From Trichormus sp. ATA11-4-KO1 (lineage in GTDB: Bacteria > Cyanobacteriota > Cyanobacteriia > Cyanobacteriales > Nostocaceae): a stretch of DNA of 64,000 nucleotides. Below, one piece after another: positions 33,736-45,511 of the stretch (its first letter is position 1; every line of letters starts with the position of its first letter). Location: NCBI GenBank assembly GCA_019358915.1, contig JAHHIM010000013.1:41080-105079 (forward strand). Direction: 5' to 3'. The position numbers and the translations under genes are program-made. Under the pieces are notes generated by a model that was not told the DNA's origin, searched no databases, and was given only the letters and a program-made list of their open reading frames with translations.

Positions 33736-36700
33736 TTAACTTTCTGACTCTTCTTGAGAGAACTTTTTATGGATGGTTTTAGTTTGTGTCCCATTAGCAG
33801 CAATGGCCGTCATTAGATAGTCAATTAAGTTGTCTGAAAAGGGAACACGCAAATGGAAACTACCATCTGATTTGAGTGTGATGGGATTACCACCAACAGT
33901 TACTGTTGCACCAGGCTCTGTTGCTCCGTGGATAATTAACTCAGCATCTGCTACAAACCAGAAATCGGCTTGGGGACGACTAAAGACGCGCACCCTGGGG
34001 GAACGGGCAATTGTCTCCCAGCGATCGCCTGCTGTTACATAGCCAATTTCGGCAATATAGTCACGATCGCTCGTGGGAATGGCGACATAGCGATCGCGTG
34101 TGATTTCCTCACATTCATACTGCTGCAAAAGCTGGGGAGGATGATAACTCAAATCCAAATCTGTGACATCATACAGGCGCAGAGATAATCGATATATGCC
34201 CGCATTTCGCAGTGCTTGCTTGCTAGTTTCGGCAATATGCCAAGCAGTATAAGCCCACTTGGCAGTCCGGGGTTTGAGGATAATACTACTTTCTTCATCT
34301 GGATTGTGCAAGTGCACGGATGTTTCGTCTGCTGTCGGTGGATTTTCCACTGTAATTTCTGCTAGGGGAAGACTAAAGACGCGCACCCTGGAGGAACGCG
34401 CAATTGTCACCCAGCGATCGCCTTCAGTTATATAGCCTATTTCAGCAATGTAATCGCGATCGCTTGTGGGAATCTCTAAATAATGTTCTGTGATTCCTGA
34501 CTCAATTTCGTATTGCTTGACTAGTTGGGGAGTTTGATAACTTAAGTCTAAATCCGTGACATCATATAACCGCAGTGCCAATTGGGAGATACCTGCATTT
34601 TGCAATGCTTGTTGGCAAGTTTCTTCTATGTACCAAGTTGCATAAGCCCATTGAGGGTTCCGGGGTTTGAGGGTGATACTTCTTTCCCCCTCGATATTGA
34701 GTAAGGGATCATCTGTGGCTAGGGGAAGACTAAAGACGCGCGCCCTGGGGGAGCGAGCAATTGTCATCCAGCGATCGCCTTCAGTTATATAGCCAATTTC
34801 GGCAATGTAGTCGCGATCGCTTGTAGGAATCTCTAAATAATGTTCTGTGATTCCTGACTCAATTTCGTATTGCTTGACTAGTTGGGGAGTTTGATAACTT
34901 AAGTCTAAATCTGTGACATCATATAACCGCAACGCCAATTGGGAGATACCTGCATTTTGCAATGCTTGTTGGCAAGTTTCTTCTATGTACCAAGTTGCAT
35001 AAGCCCATTGAGGGTTCCGGGGTTTGAGAGTAATACTTCTTTCACCCTCGATATTGAGTAAGGGATCATTCCCAGTATTATAGGCTTGTTCCTCTGATTC
35101 GGTGTTGTCCTGATTACCAGATATATTAGCCCATGTCCCAACGCCTGTTTCCTGTGACAGGTTAGATCCTGTTACATAGTCTATGGGTTCAGCCGCATCC
35201 GCTACTATATTCAATGTATCTTCGGGAATATCTGGGAATGTGGATTGTGAAGTAGTGACTGTCGGCGTAGGCTCCACATTTGATGTTTTTTCCTCTGCTA
35301 CAGGTGAGATGATTTCATGAGTATGACTGAATTCTGTTGTATCACTGGTTTCTTCAATATTAGACCAGACGTTAGCTCCTGCTACTGCATCGCCAGCGAC
35401 AGATGTAGTTTTAGTGATATCCTCAATTAAATCAGATTCTACTTGGTGTTGTTCTGCCGTCAATTCACCAGAGATATGCTGATATTCTTCATTAGATTTT
35501 ACTTCAGTCATATCTGAGTCTGCTGGAGGAGTAACCTTAGATACATCTGGTATTTGAGGATATGAAGTATTAACTACAGCTGCTGGTGCTTCTATATCCC
35601 AAGGAGATTCGCTAAAATCATAAGAGTTTATTTCAGTATAATTATTTAAATTTGTAACTTCATTAGGTGCATTATTATCTGCTCCTGTACCGGAAACTGT
35701 AGACGAAATAACTGCCCCCGATCCTGCTACTAAGGAGGCAGCGTTGGATGTTGCTTCGGCTGGAGGTTCACTAACGGCAGGAGCAACATTCGTATCATTT
35801 GTTGCTATTTTTTCCCCATCGCCTGAAGGTAAATTTGGCATGTTATTTGCAGACTCAGTTGCCCACAAGCGTGACCGGAAAAACCACACCAGTAATCCGC
35901 CTATTCCCGCCGCAGGTAAAAGAAACCACCAAATTGGTATTTGTCTAGGACTAGAAGTTGTTTGTAAAGGAGGAGTGTCAGACGGCTGTTGGGCAACTGA
36001 AGTGGTGGCATCTGGTGTAGGATTTGTTACAAGGAACGATGTTTGTGATTCTCCTCTAGCGATCGCCTCTGCTTCCGCAATTCTGCCTTCTTCTATAGCT
36101 TGCTGTCCTGGCGGTGCGAGTGTAAAACCGAGAAAGCTGGCTACACTAGGGCTAGGATTTTTTCTGTAAGCATAAACTAAAGGCTGGGAGTAGAGATATT
36201 GAGGATCATCTGGCAAGGCTTGCTCTAACGGGATCACTCGCACATTTGGCAGCTTTGATACATGATGAGCCATTGCATAGCTGATGCCGTCATTGCCCAA
36301 TTGTTTAACGATTTCTGCGGTGTCATCCTCGTCAAGTTGAGTAGCATTAGAGCCTGTAGAAAATTGAGCAGCCTTGAAAGCCGGATAAGTGCGAAACGTA
36401 TTGCGGGTATCACTGGTGGCTGGGCGATCAATTACCCGAATCTTACCCCCAGGAGCTCCCAATTGTGACCAATCTGTAATTCCTCCCCGGAAAATTCTCG
36501 CGAATTGCCTATCAGTCAAGCTGCCCTGAAAAGGATTATCTACACCCACGATAATCGCAATTTTTTCTCGGTGAATCGGCACTTGCTCCAGACCTTGCGC
36601 TTGTTCTTGCGGAGTCAAGCCACGAGCGATCGCGACTACATCGACGGTTCCATCTAGCAAAGCTTGTATTGCTACATCAGCGCCGTTAGCAGCAACTTCC

Positions 36701-36957
36701 ACATTTGTACCAAAAAACTGTTGCTCAAAACTTCTTTTTAGGCTTTGGTTAATTGCAGCCAAGCTAATCGAACCATCAATCCGCACCGTAGTCCCATTTT
36801 CCACTGTTTGTGGTAGTGGGAACGAGGGAGCGTCAGTGGCAGATTGTGCCAGTACAGGTGTTGACACAAACAAAGGTGCTGCCATAGGGGTAGTGGCTAA
36901 GGCCAGCAATAATGCCAGACTGACTATTACACTATCTTTTTTTTCTATTTGCCACAT
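33736..36957 (-). CDS. PstS-like periplasmic-binding domain + TM + acidic linker + three DUF4912-like repeats
   Basis: VRIDGS...DWSQLG...RPATSDT PBP motifs; LKPRNPQWAYATW...LRLYDVT x3; DAELIIHGAT tail. Confidence 0.8.
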   Translation of the reverse strand: MWQIEKKDSVIVSLALLLALATTPMAAPLFVSTPVLAQSATDAPSFPLPQTVENGTTVRIDGSISLAAINQSLKRSFEQQFFGTNVEVAANGADVAIQALLDGTVDVVAIARGLTPQEQAQGLEQVPIHREKIAIIVGVDNPFQGSLTDRQFARIFRGGITDWSQLGAPGGKIRVIDRPATSDTRNTFRTYPAFKAAQFSTGSNATQLDEDDTAEIVKQLGNDGISYAMAHHVSKLPNVRVIPLEQALPDDPQYLYSQPLVYAYRKNPSPSVASFLGFTLAPPGQQAIEEGRIAEAEAIARGESQTSFLVTNPTPDATTSVAQQPSDTPPLQTTSSPRQIPIWWFLLPAAGIGGLLVWFFRSRLWATESANNMPNLPSGDGEKIATNDTNVAPAVSEPPAEATSNAASLVAGSGAVISSTVSGTGADNNAPNEVTNLNNYTEINSYDFSESPWDIEAPAAVVNTSYPQIPDVSKVTPPADSDMTEVKSNEEYQHISGELTAEQHQVESDLIEDITKTTSVAGDAVAGANVWSNIEETSDTTEFSHTHEIISPVAEEKTSNVEPTPTVTTSQSTFPDIPEDTLNIVADAAEPIDYVTGSNLSQETGVGTWANISGNQDNTESEEQAYNTGNDPLLNIEGERSITLKPRNPQWAYATWYIEETCQQALQNAGISQLALRLYDVTDLDLSYQTPQLVKQYEIESGITEHYLEIPTSDRDYIAEIGYITEGDRWMTIARSPRARVFSLPLATDDPLLNIEGERSITLKPRNPQWAYATWYIEETCQQALQNAGISQLALRLYDVTDLDLSYQTPQLVKQYEIESGITEHYLEIPTSDRDYIAEIGYITEGDRWVTIARSSRVRVFSLPLAEITVENPPTADETSVHLHNPDEESSIILKPRTAKWAYTAWHIAETSKQALRNAGIYRLSLRLYDVTDLDLSYHPPQLLQQYECEEITRDRYVAIPTSDRDYIAEIGYVTAGDRWETIARSPRVRVFSRPQADFWFVADAELIIHGATEPGATVTVGGNPITLKSDGSFHLRVPFSDNLIDYLMTAIAANGTQTKTIHKKFSQEESES
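34361..35069. repeat. near-identical intragenic tandem duplication, period 357 bp
   Basis: 34361-34712 vs 34718-35069; a more diverged third copy at about 33975-34290. Confidence 0.9.
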
Positions 36958-37253
36958 ATGCTTCTTTTTAAGGTACAGAAAATGTATCTTTTTTATAAAG
37001 TAGGAGACGCGCTAATTATACATCTGGTGTTAACTTTCTTCTAAGTTCCTGAATATACTTAACTTGATCGCGATTCATCGACTGTTTAAAGTACTGATGG
37101 TAACAAATTAAAAAAGAGTATCAAAACTTGGTGTCTTTGTGCCTTGGTGGTAAAAAAATCCGCATCACTAAGACATAATGACGGTTACTTACATTTATTA
37201 CAGCCCTTACGGGCATCGCTGCGCGTGGGCGAACTTGGCGGTTAAAAAATAAC

Positions 37254-38624
37254 TTATTGACCTACCCAAGCGAGACACAAGTTGCGGAAATCATCGCCCC
37301 GCACTTCAAAGTTGGGGTACTGGTCGAAACTTGCACAAGCTGGAGATAGTAGCACTACAGGCGCTTGATATTGTTTAGCTAATTCTGCTGACCGAGGAAC
37401 TGCTTTCTCCATCGTTTCCACAATTTCGTAATTAGCATAACCCACCTCTTGTAGACGTTGGGCAAAGGCTGGTGCTGCACTACCAATTAATAACACCGCC
37501 GCAGCTTTAGCTTGAATTTTGGCTAACCAACCAGTATCATCACCAGGTTTGGCTTCACCACCAGCAATCAAAATCGCAGGGCTTTTCACAGAAACTAAAC
37601 CAACTTCAGCCGCATCATAATTAGTAGCTTTGCTGTCGTTAATAAAGTCAATACCTTGCCAAGTACAAATATGTTCTAAACGATGGGGAACACCAGAAAA
37701 TTTGCGAATGGCTGTATCAATAGCTTCACGTTCAATTCCTGCTAACCGCGCGGCTGCAACTGCCATTAAGAGATTTTGTAGGTTATGTTGTCCTACCATG
37801 CGCAAAGCAGAGGCTGACAAAATTCTTTCTGGTGTAAAGTTTGGCTTTAACTTTTCTACAACCCAGCCGTCCTCAATATAAAAGCCTTGTTCACCCACTA
37901 AAAAATCTTGTCCTTTGACACTTGTCCAGTAAGCATCAGGCCAATGACTGATACCCATTTTGTTTAAATAGGGGTCATCACCATTGAATACTTGAAAATG
38001 CGCCTGACGTAATAACTTGGCTTTGATGTTGTAGTAATTTTCTAACGTCTTGTGACGGGCCAGATGATCTGGGGTAAAAGTTGTCCAAATACCGATGCGG
38101 GGGGACAAAGTTACTGAAGATTCTATTTGATAACTGCTAATTTCTGCGATTACCCAGTCGGACAACTTTTCAGATAAAGCTACTTCACAGGCAGCATAGC
38201 CAATATTACCACAGGCGGGAGCATTTAATCCGGCTGCTTGAAATATGGCGGCAATTAACGCAGTGGTGGTAGTTTTACCGTTAGTGCCAGTTACACCCAC
38301 CCAAGGAGAAGCTCGCAAGTGTCGCCAGGCGAGTTCCATTTCGCCAATGGTTTCAATGCCTAATTCTCGCGCCTTGACTAACAGGGGAATATCCCAAGGG
38401 ACACCAGGACTAACAACAATTAAATCAGGTAAATTACTGCCACTCAAATCGGGGGAATGCCCCAATTTCACAGTTATTTGCTCGGTAGCGAGTGCTTGTT
38501 GTTGTTCAAGGAGGGCAGGGGAGGTGTTACTATCACTGAGCATAACCTCCCAACCTTCCCGTTTCAACAATCTCGCCGTAGCAACACCGGACTTTCCCAA
38601 TCCAATTACTGAAGCTCTAGGCAT
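37254..38624 (-). CDS. murD: UDP-N-acetylmuramoyl-L-alanine--D-glutamate ligase
   Basis: [33 protein letters not shown]. Confidence 0.96.
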   Translation of the reverse strand: MPRASVIGLGKSGVATARLLKREGWEVMLSDSNTSPALLEQQQALATEQITVKLGHSPDLSGSNLPDLIVVSPGVPWDIPLLVKARELGIETIGEMELAWRHLRASPWVGVTGTNGKTTTTALIAAIFQAAGLNAPACGNIGYAACEVALSEKLSDWVIAEISSYQIESSVTLSPRIGIWTTFTPDHLARHKTLENYYNIKAKLLRQAHFQVFNGDDPYLNKMGISHWPDAYWTSVKGQDFLVGEQGFYIEDGWVVEKLKPNFTPERILSASALRMVGQHNLQNLLMAVAAARLAGIEREAIDTAIRKFSGVPHRLEHICTWQGIDFINDSKATNYDAAEVGLVSVKSPAILIAGGEAKPGDDTGWLAKIQAKAAAVLLIGSAAPAFAQRLQEVGYANYEIVETMEKAVPRSAELAKQYQAPVVLLSPACASFDQYPNFEVRGDDFRNLCLAWVGQ

Positions 38625-38707
38625 AGACTGTAGCAGAGATCCCTGGTTAAGCACTCATTATCCTAACGCTTATTGGCAAAAATTACACCACCTTTTGTTG
38701 CTTTAGG

Positions 38708-40861
38708 CTACAGATTTTTGACAATGGCACCAAAATCAGCCAACACACGGGCATGATTCCGCAGTAATCCTAGTAAGTGTAGCCGATTGCGTTTGATGTC
38801 TGGATTGGGGTCTATCACTAAAACACTATCTTCGCCATCGAAGAAATTAGCCACGGTGGGAGCAATTTTAGCTAATGCGGCAATCAACAGTTGATAGTTA
38901 CGTGACTGTTGCGCCTCTTGGGTTTGTGGTACTAATTCTACTAAGGCGTTGTAAAATGCTTGCTCGGAAGACTTTTGGAAGAGTTCTGGCTGAATTAAAT
39001 TTTTGGGTTCTAGCTGCTGGAAGTCTAAATCACCTTGGGCTGCTAGTCTGGTGGAACGGTTGACGGTTTCGTAGATTGTATCTAGAGTACCATTGTTGCG
39101 GATTTGTTGCAGATATAAGGCGCGATCGCGTACATCTAGCAAATCTTCTAACGCTCTTTGGGTGTATTCTGGATCATTTTCTCCCAAAACAGCGTTGACT
39201 AGGTCATAGTCTATTTGTTTTTCGTCTTGTAGTAAGGTGCGGATACGTTGTAAGAAAAATTCTTGCAAGGTTGTGGTTAAAGCATTTTGATCTTTGTTAT
39301 ATGTTGCGGCAAAATTCCCTGCTATTTGCGTTAATAACTGTGATAAATTAATCTGTAAGTTGGCAAACCAAGTAATATTAATTACTGCATTGGCAGCCCG
39401 ACGCAAAGCAAAGGGATCTGAAGAACCAGTGGGAATTAAACCTAAGCCAAAAATACTGACTAAAGTATCTAATCTATCGGCTAAACCAACAACTTGACCA
39501 GTTAAAGTTTCGGGTAAATTATCACCTGCACCTGTTGGTAAATAATGTTCAACAATTGCCCTAGCAACTTCCGCATCTTCCCCACTAGCTAAGGCATATT
39601 TTTCCCCCATAATCCCTTGTAATTCTGGGAACTCATACACCATTTGACTCACCAAATCAGCCTTACACAATAAAGCTGCCCGTTGTATTTTTTGGCGTTG
39701 ATTTTCTGCTAATTGTAATTGGCTACTAATGTAATCAGCGATGGTGACGATTCTATCTACCTTGGCACGGACTGAACCTAATTCTTCTTGGAAAGTAACC
39801 GTTTCTAACTGTGGTAAAAAGCTTTTTAAAGGTTTAGCTAAGTCAGCTTTGTAGAAAAATTTGCCATCAGCTAATCTAGCCCTAATTACCCTTTCATTCC
39901 CGACAGCGATGATATCTGATTTCCTTGTGTCACCGTTGGAAACAGTGATGAAATGAGGCAATAATTCTTGCTGAAAACTACCTTCTTTAAATACCGGAAA
40001 ATAACGCTGGTGAGTCACCATCACTTCGGTAATTACTTCCGTGGGTAACTGTAAAAATTCTGATTCAAAATTACCGACTATAGCCGAAGGGTATTCAACT
40101 AAATTTGTGACTTCCTCTAATAAATCCGGGTAAATAATTGTAGAACCGCCAGATTTTTGGGCTGCTGCATTTACTTGGTTTTGAATCATCTTAGCCCGTG
40201 CTTCCTGGTCAACGATAACAGATGCAGAACGCAGAGTATCTACATAATCGGTAGCTTGGGCAATAGTTACAGGTTTGGGATGTAAAACACGATGACCAAA
40301 GGTAATGCGATCGCTTGTAATTGTCTTTGATCCATTGACCAATTCAATCGGTAAAACTTGATCATCTAACAAAGCCACCAGCCAGCGAATGGGGCGAGAA
40401 AACCTCACATCGCCATCACCCCAACGCATCAAGCGTTTACCTTCTAAACCAGAAATCCATTGCGGGACTAGTTCTGTTAAAATATCTGCTACCGGACGAC
40501 CAGCAATGCTTTTCTTGACAAAGACAAAATCCCCCTTATCAGTGGGGCGAATTTCTAAAGCTGACAGTTCCACACCTTGTCTTCTAGCAAAACCTGTAGC
40601 GGCTGGTGTGGGCTGACCATCCTTAAAAGCAGCTTGAGCAGGAGGCCCCTTAATTTCCTCTTCCCGGTCTGGTTGCTGGGAGGGGAGACCTGTGATTAGT
40701 ACCGCCAACCGCCGGGGAGTACCGTAAACCTCTACAGCAGTGTTAGTGAGAGTATTGGCTTCGAGACTTTGGGGAACGCGCGATCGCCATTGTATTATGG
40801 CATCACTGAGAAAACTTGCGGGTAGTTCTTCTGTACCAACTTCTAATAAAAACGCAGGCAT
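38708..40861 (-). CDS. glyS: glycine--tRNA ligase beta subunit
   Basis: [33 protein letters not shown]. Confidence 0.96.
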   Translation of the reverse strand: MPAFLLEVGTEELPASFLSDAIIQWRSRVPQSLEANTLTNTAVEVYGTPRRLAVLITGLPSQQPDREEEIKGPPAQAAFKDGQPTPAATGFARRQGVELSALEIRPTDKGDFVFVKKSIAGRPVADILTELVPQWISGLEGKRLMRWGDGDVRFSRPIRWLVALLDDQVLPIELVNGSKTITSDRITFGHRVLHPKPVTIAQATDYVDTLRSASVIVDQEARAKMIQNQVNAAAQKSGGSTIIYPDLLEEVTNLVEYPSAIVGNFESEFLQLPTEVITEVMVTHQRYFPVFKEGSFQQELLPHFITVSNGDTRKSDIIAVGNERVIRARLADGKFFYKADLAKPLKSFLPQLETVTFQEELGSVRAKVDRIVTIADYISSQLQLAENQRQKIQRAALLCKADLVSQMVYEFPELQGIMGEKYALASGEDAEVARAIVEHYLPTGAGDNLPETLTGQVVGLADRLDTLVSIFGLGLIPTGSSDPFALRRAANAVINITWFANLQINLSQLLTQIAGNFAATYNKDQNALTTTLQEFFLQRIRTLLQDEKQIDYDLVNAVLGENDPEYTQRALEDLLDVRDRALYLQQIRNNGTLDTIYETVNRSTRLAAQGDLDFQQLEPKNLIQPELFQKSSEQAFYNALVELVPQTQEAQQSRNYQLLIAALAKIAPTVANFFDGEDSVLVIDPNPDIKRNRLHLLGLLRNHARVLADFGAIVKNL

Positions 40862-41221
40862 AGGAAAATATTTTAACTTTGCGTAGCTCAACTTTATCAG
40901 TCAACTCCCACAGTTTACCTGGGAGCATCCAATTTTGTTCAAACACCAAACACAAAGCTTGCGTTAAACCTTGGCGACCCTCTGCGTGAACCTCTGCGCT
41001 CCTCTGCGTTTAAAAAGATGATCTCACGTAAAGGCAAGCCAGTGCGCCCTGCGGGTTTCCCGACTTGTAGCAACTGGCGCACAAAGACGCAATAAGTTTT
41101 GCTCATTCGGGTTGAGTTTCCTTAAACAAAAAAATAACAGCTTGCTATTCTCAATATTATTTAAATCCACGCGGATTTTACCCAAGATAATATAAAATCA
41201 AGGCTTACAAAAAAAATTATC

Positions 41222-41815
41222 ATGGAAACCCTCACCTTAAACATACCTCCAGCCGTAGGTTTAACCGATGAGCAATTTTATCAACTCTGCATTGCTAACG
41301 AACCTTGGCAATTAGAACTTACTCAGACTGGAGAATTAATTATTATGCCTCCAACAGGCGGAGAAAGCGGAATTAGAAACTCTGATATTAATATAGAACT
41401 TGGTTTATGGAACCGTAAAACCAAATTAGGGAAAGTCTTTGACTCTTCCACCGAGTTCAAATTACCCAGTGGTGCTTATCGCTGTCCTGATGCTGCTTGG
41501 ATAAAGTTAGAACGCTGGGAAGCTTTAACAAAAGATCAAAAACGACGTTTTCCGCCTATTTGTCCTGATTTTGTGATTGAACTGCCCTCAGAAAGCGATC
41601 GTTTAGATAAGTTACGCGCTAAAATGCGGGAATATCAAGAAAATGGTGCGCGTTTAGGTTGGTTAATTGACCCGCAAACTCCTTTAGTAGAAATTTATCG
41701 CCCAGGACAAGATGTAGAAGTTTTGAATTTTTCTTTTGATCACCCTCCTCAACTTTCTGGTGAAGAAGTTTTACCTGGTTTTGTTCTAGATTTGAAGATT
41801 ATCTTAAATCCTTAG
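41222..41815 (+). CDS. Uma2/DUF820 family endonuclease-like protein
   Basis: ELIIMPPTG, PDAAW, CPDFVIEL, LGWLIDP. Confidence 0.9.
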   Translation: METLTLNIPPAVGLTDEQFYQLCIANEPWQLELTQTGELIIMPPTGGESGIRNSDINIELGLWNRKTKLGKVFDSSTEFKLPSGAYRCPDAAWIKLERWEALTKDQKRRFPPICPDFVIELPSESDRLDKLRAKMREYQENGARLGWLIDPQTPLVEIYRPGQDVEVLNFSFDHPPQLSGEEVLPGFVLDLKIILNP

Positions 41816-41930
41816 TAAATAGTTTACAGACAACTCGCCGCATTCTCGGTATTGTCTATGTCGGCTTTCTTCTCACCTGATTTCCACCCTTCCGCAGCCG
41901 ATAAAAATGGTTAAGCCCAAATGGTATAAA

Positions 41931-43211
41931 TCAATCCTGTAAAATTGTCTTTGAGACAATCCTAGTTTTTTTGAGGTCTGCTTGGGAAAGTTCTTCTCCA
42001 GCTTGCAGGCGAGTAGCTGAACTTTGCAACACTGTTGCTGCGCCTTGATCTCCTATTTGTAAGGCGGTGTTAGCAGCACTTTGTAACATGGTCACAGCAC
42101 CAGTGCGATCGCCTTGGTGTAATTTTGCCTCAGCTAACTGAGTTTGGCGATACTTAGCTAGTGCCAAAATCGACTGTTGCACATGGGGATTAAACGCAGG
42201 TTGATAAGTCTGTACCACATTTGCATATATGGGCACCATTGGGGAAAGCAAATCCTGTTGGTTCACAGATGGATCATCGTAGCGAATTTGTACATGTCCA
42301 ATCACCTGTTTACCTGCTGGTAATTGCCCTAGATAAATATTAGCTAAAACCACTCGTTCCCTATCCTGCATCAAATCGCCCAAGCGCACAGCAAAACCTC
42401 CATGCGGTTCTGATTGTACTGGTAACTCAATCGTATCTGGAGCAACTTGGGCAATGGGTTTGAGTTCTGCTAGTCGGACATGAGGAACCAAAGACAGCAG
42501 CAAATGGGCATTAGTTAGCCTGACAGACTGAATGCGCCGCAACAAATGACGAAATTGATCTAGTGCTTGTTCAGGGTGCTGAATATAGCCTAAAGTACCC
42601 CCACCAGCATCCACAATTTTTTCCAACAAATTCTGGTTCCAGTCATGACCAAAACCAAGCGCGTTGATAGTCAGGTTAATTTTAGTAGCCTTGTGCGCCA
42701 GTTCTAGACAACGCTTATTGTCATCTGAGCCAATTTCTAACTTCCAAATGCGCAAACTGCTTTCACCATGACCATCGGTGAGTAAAAAAGCCTGGGAAAC
42801 AGCTCCTTTTGTCCCTTTCATGAGTTCTGTGATTCCCAGTTGCAAACCTTCAGCAATTGCCGTCCCACCGCTAGCTTTGAGTTTCTTTTTGATTTGAGCT
42901 TTTATGCTGACAGCATCTTGAACTGCTTGGTTGGGGATAATCACTTCAGCAGCACCAGCAAAGGCTACAACCGAGATGCGATCGCCTGGCTGTAGCCGAT
43001 CCAATAATTGCTCTACGGCCTGGATGACAGTTGCGATTGGTTTACCATGCATAGAACCACTCTGATCCAAAATCAGGCATAAATTGAGTGGTAAATGCTG
43101 GTCAAACTCACCAGAGATCGCGGAAATGGAAATTGCCAGTTGACGCTGGTTACTCAATTGAGTTGCATCAACATTAGTATCATTTAGGGCACAGAGCAAT
43201 TGAACTTTCAT
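41931..43211 (-). CDS. VWA-domain protein (paralog 2)
   Basis: LILDQSGSM MIDAS, GGT, LLTDG. Confidence 0.9.
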   Translation of the reverse strand: MKVQLLCALNDTNVDATQLSNQRQLAISISAISGEFDQHLPLNLCLILDQSGSMHGKPIATVIQAVEQLLDRLQPGDRISVVAFAGAAEVIIPNQAVQDAVSIKAQIKKKLKASGGTAIAEGLQLGITELMKGTKGAVSQAFLLTDGHGESSLRIWKLEIGSDDNKRCLELAHKATKINLTINALGFGHDWNQNLLEKIVDAGGGTLGYIQHPEQALDQFRHLLRRIQSVRLTNAHLLLSLVPHVRLAELKPIAQVAPDTIELPVQSEPHGGFAVRLGDLMQDRERVVLANIYLGQLPAGKQVIGHVQIRYDDPSVNQQDLLSPMVPIYANVVQTYQPAFNPHVQQSILALAKYRQTQLAEAKLHQGDRTGAVTMLQSAANTALQIGDQGAATVLQSSATRLQAGEELSQADLKKTRIVSKTILQD

Positions 43212-44464
43212 TAAATAGGGGTATCTTGCAACACGGTTTTTGAGACAATCCTGGTTTTCTTGCGATCGCTATCCGATAATTCTCCACCAGATTGGAGTTG
43301 AGTGGCAGAAGTTTGTAACACCGTTGCTGCACCTTGATCTCCCATTTGCAACGCTGTTTTAGCCGCAGTTTGCAGCATTGTCGCTGCACCAGTGCGATCG
43401 CCCTGTTGCAACTTCGCCTCAGCTAACTGAGTTTGGCGATACTTGGCTAATGCCAAAATCGACTGTTGCACACGAGGATTGATCTCTGGTTGGTAAACCC
43501 CAGTGACATTGGCATAAACTGGGATGTTAGCGGTAAATAACCCCAGCTGATTTTGTGCAGGGTCATCATAACGAACTTGTACATTAGCGATCGCTTGTTT
43601 ACCTTCTGGCAACTGTCCCAGATAAATATTAGCTAAAATCACCCGTTCTGCATCTTTCATTAAATCTCCCAAGCGGACAGCAAAGCGTCCATCTGCTTCT
43701 TGCTGTATGGGTAACTCAATTGTGTCTGGGGAAACCTGAGCAATAGGTTTGAGTTCTGCTAGTCGAATGTTAGGCATTAAGGACAATAATAAATAGGCAT
43801 TAGTCAATCCCACCGTTTGCATGCGGTTAAACAGGCGATTAAATTCATCTATTGCCTGGTCTGGTCGTTGAATGTAAGACAAAGTACCCAAACCCGCATC
43901 AGCGATTTTTTCTAAAACATCTTGGTTCCACTTATCGCCAAATCCCAAGGTGTTCAAAGTCAAATTGTAACCAGTAGCCAGTTGAGCAAACTTCAAACAA
44001 CGTTGATTATCACCGTGTTCATTTTCACCATCAGTTAACAAAAAAGCTTGAGAAACAGTTTCTTTTTTCCCCTTTGCTAACTCCTCAATACCCAAACGCA
44101 AACCTTCATCAATTGCTGTACCACCATCGGCAGCTAAACGATTAATTTGCTTTTTGATATGTTCGGGATCTTCAATCAATTGATTCGGTACCAAGACCTT
44201 AGCACGGTGATCAAAAGCGACAACACTCAGGCGATCGCCAGGCTTGAGTTTATCAACTAAATTAGTGGCTGCTTTCTTCACAGTTTCTAAAGGTCGCCCA
44301 TTCATCGAACCACTATGGTCGAGAATTAAGCATAAATTCAGTGGCACATTCCGGTCTTGAACTTCCGCGATCGCGGAAATCGAAATTGCCAACTGACGTT
44401 GACTACTCGGTTGACGCGCGTCCAAATTAGCATCATTGAGGATAGGCTGCAAATTGACCTTCAT
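43211..44464 (-). CDS. VWA-domain protein (paralog 1)
   Basis: LILDHSGSM MIDAS, LLTDG; its stop overlaps the paralog-2 start. Confidence 0.9.
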   Translation of the reverse strand: MKVNLQPILNDANLDARQPSSQRQLAISISAIAEVQDRNVPLNLCLILDHSGSMNGRPLETVKKAATNLVDKLKPGDRLSVVAFDHRAKVLVPNQLIEDPEHIKKQINRLAADGGTAIDEGLRLGIEELAKGKKETVSQAFLLTDGENEHGDNQRCLKFAQLATGYNLTLNTLGFGDKWNQDVLEKIADAGLGTLSYIQRPDQAIDEFNRLFNRMQTVGLTNAYLLLSLMPNIRLAELKPIAQVSPDTIELPIQQEADGRFAVRLGDLMKDAERVILANIYLGQLPEGKQAIANVQVRYDDPAQNQLGLFTANIPVYANVTGVYQPEINPRVQQSILALAKYRQTQLAEAKLQQGDRTGAATMLQTAAKTALQMGDQGAATVLQTSATQLQSGGELSDSDRKKTRIVSKTVLQDTPI

Positions 44465-44718
44465 AACCCAAAATTCCTAGTTCAGGATATATATATAAAT
44501 AACTTCAAAGCGCCAAATCAGCACTACGGAAAAATTAGGGCACAGGTGACAGGCTTCGGCGTGAGCGCTCAGTCGAACGGTGACAGGTGACAGAGAGATT
44601 GCTCTTTTGCTCCTTTGCCCCATTTCCTTGAATTAGCGAGAAATCCACACTTGATGTGAGCTAGCATCGCGCTAGGATGTATTACAGTTAACGGCATACT
44701 TTCAGGCGATCAGTTGCT

Positions 44719-45381
44719 ATGGACATTTCCCCCATCAAGGCTGTTCAAGCCCCATATTACGGTGATAACTTCTACCGGACACCACCGCCAGATTTACCTT
44801 CCTTATTGTTGAAAGAACGAATTGTCTATCTGGGAATGCCACTGGTGCCTGCGGTCACGGAATTAATTATCGCCGAATTGCTGTATTTGCAGTCCGACGA
44901 TCCGGAGAAGCCGATAAAAATCTACATTAACTCTACTGGTACTTCCGGTTATAGTGGCGAACCCATTGGCTTTGAAACCGAAGCCTTCGCCATTTATGAC
45001 ACAATGAAATATATCAAGCCCCCCATTCACACTATTTGTATTGGTTCGGCAATGGGTATGGCAGCAATGCTACTCAGTGCTGGCACAAAAGGTTGCCGCG
45101 CCAGTTTGCCCCACTCTTCTATTATCCTGCACCAGCCTAAGAGCTACGCCCAAGGTCAAGCAACGGATATTCAAATTCGGGCAAAGGAAGTTTTGGTAAA
45201 TAAAGTGTCGATGGTTGATATTTTGTCTTACACCACCGGACAGCCACCAGAAAAAGTTACCAAAGATATGGATCGTCTCTTCTACATGACTCCCTATCAA
45301 GCTCAGGAATACGGTTTGATTGACCGGGTTTTTGAAAAAGAAGAACTGGCCAATCCCCCACTACCAGCGAGTGTGCTTTAG
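44719..45381 (+). CDS. clpR: non-catalytic Clp protease subunit
   Basis: RTPPPDLPSLLLKERIVYLG; catalytic Ser replaced (AMGMAA). Confidence 0.88.
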   Translation: MDISPIKAVQAPYYGDNFYRTPPPDLPSLLLKERIVYLGMPLVPAVTELIIAELLYLQSDDPEKPIKIYINSTGTSGYSGEPIGFETEAFAIYDTMKYIKPPIHTICIGSAMGMAAMLLSAGTKGCRASLPHSSIILHQPKSYAQGQATDIQIRAKEVLVNKVSMVDILSYTTGQPPEKVTKDMDRLFYMTPYQAQEYGLIDRVFEKEELANPPLPASVL

Positions 45382-45511
45382 TGAGTGCTGAGTGCTGTCT
45401 TGGGGTCTCCCCCGCCGCAGGATGCGCGCAGCACTGTAGTGGAGCATCTGGCGTTGCGAGTTAAGAACTTGCTCACAATTCCCCAATTAATTATCAAGTG
45501 GAGTAACGAAA

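Noticed and set aside
34361..35069. Near-identical repeat pair as DGR template/variable repeat
   Set aside because: Both copies are in frame in one ORF, the differences are few and not evidently adenine-specific, and there is no reverse transcriptase in the window.
41222..41815. Uma2 gene as a defence or mobile system
   Set aside because: Solitary member of a family that is highly expanded in cyanobacteria, with no partner genes.
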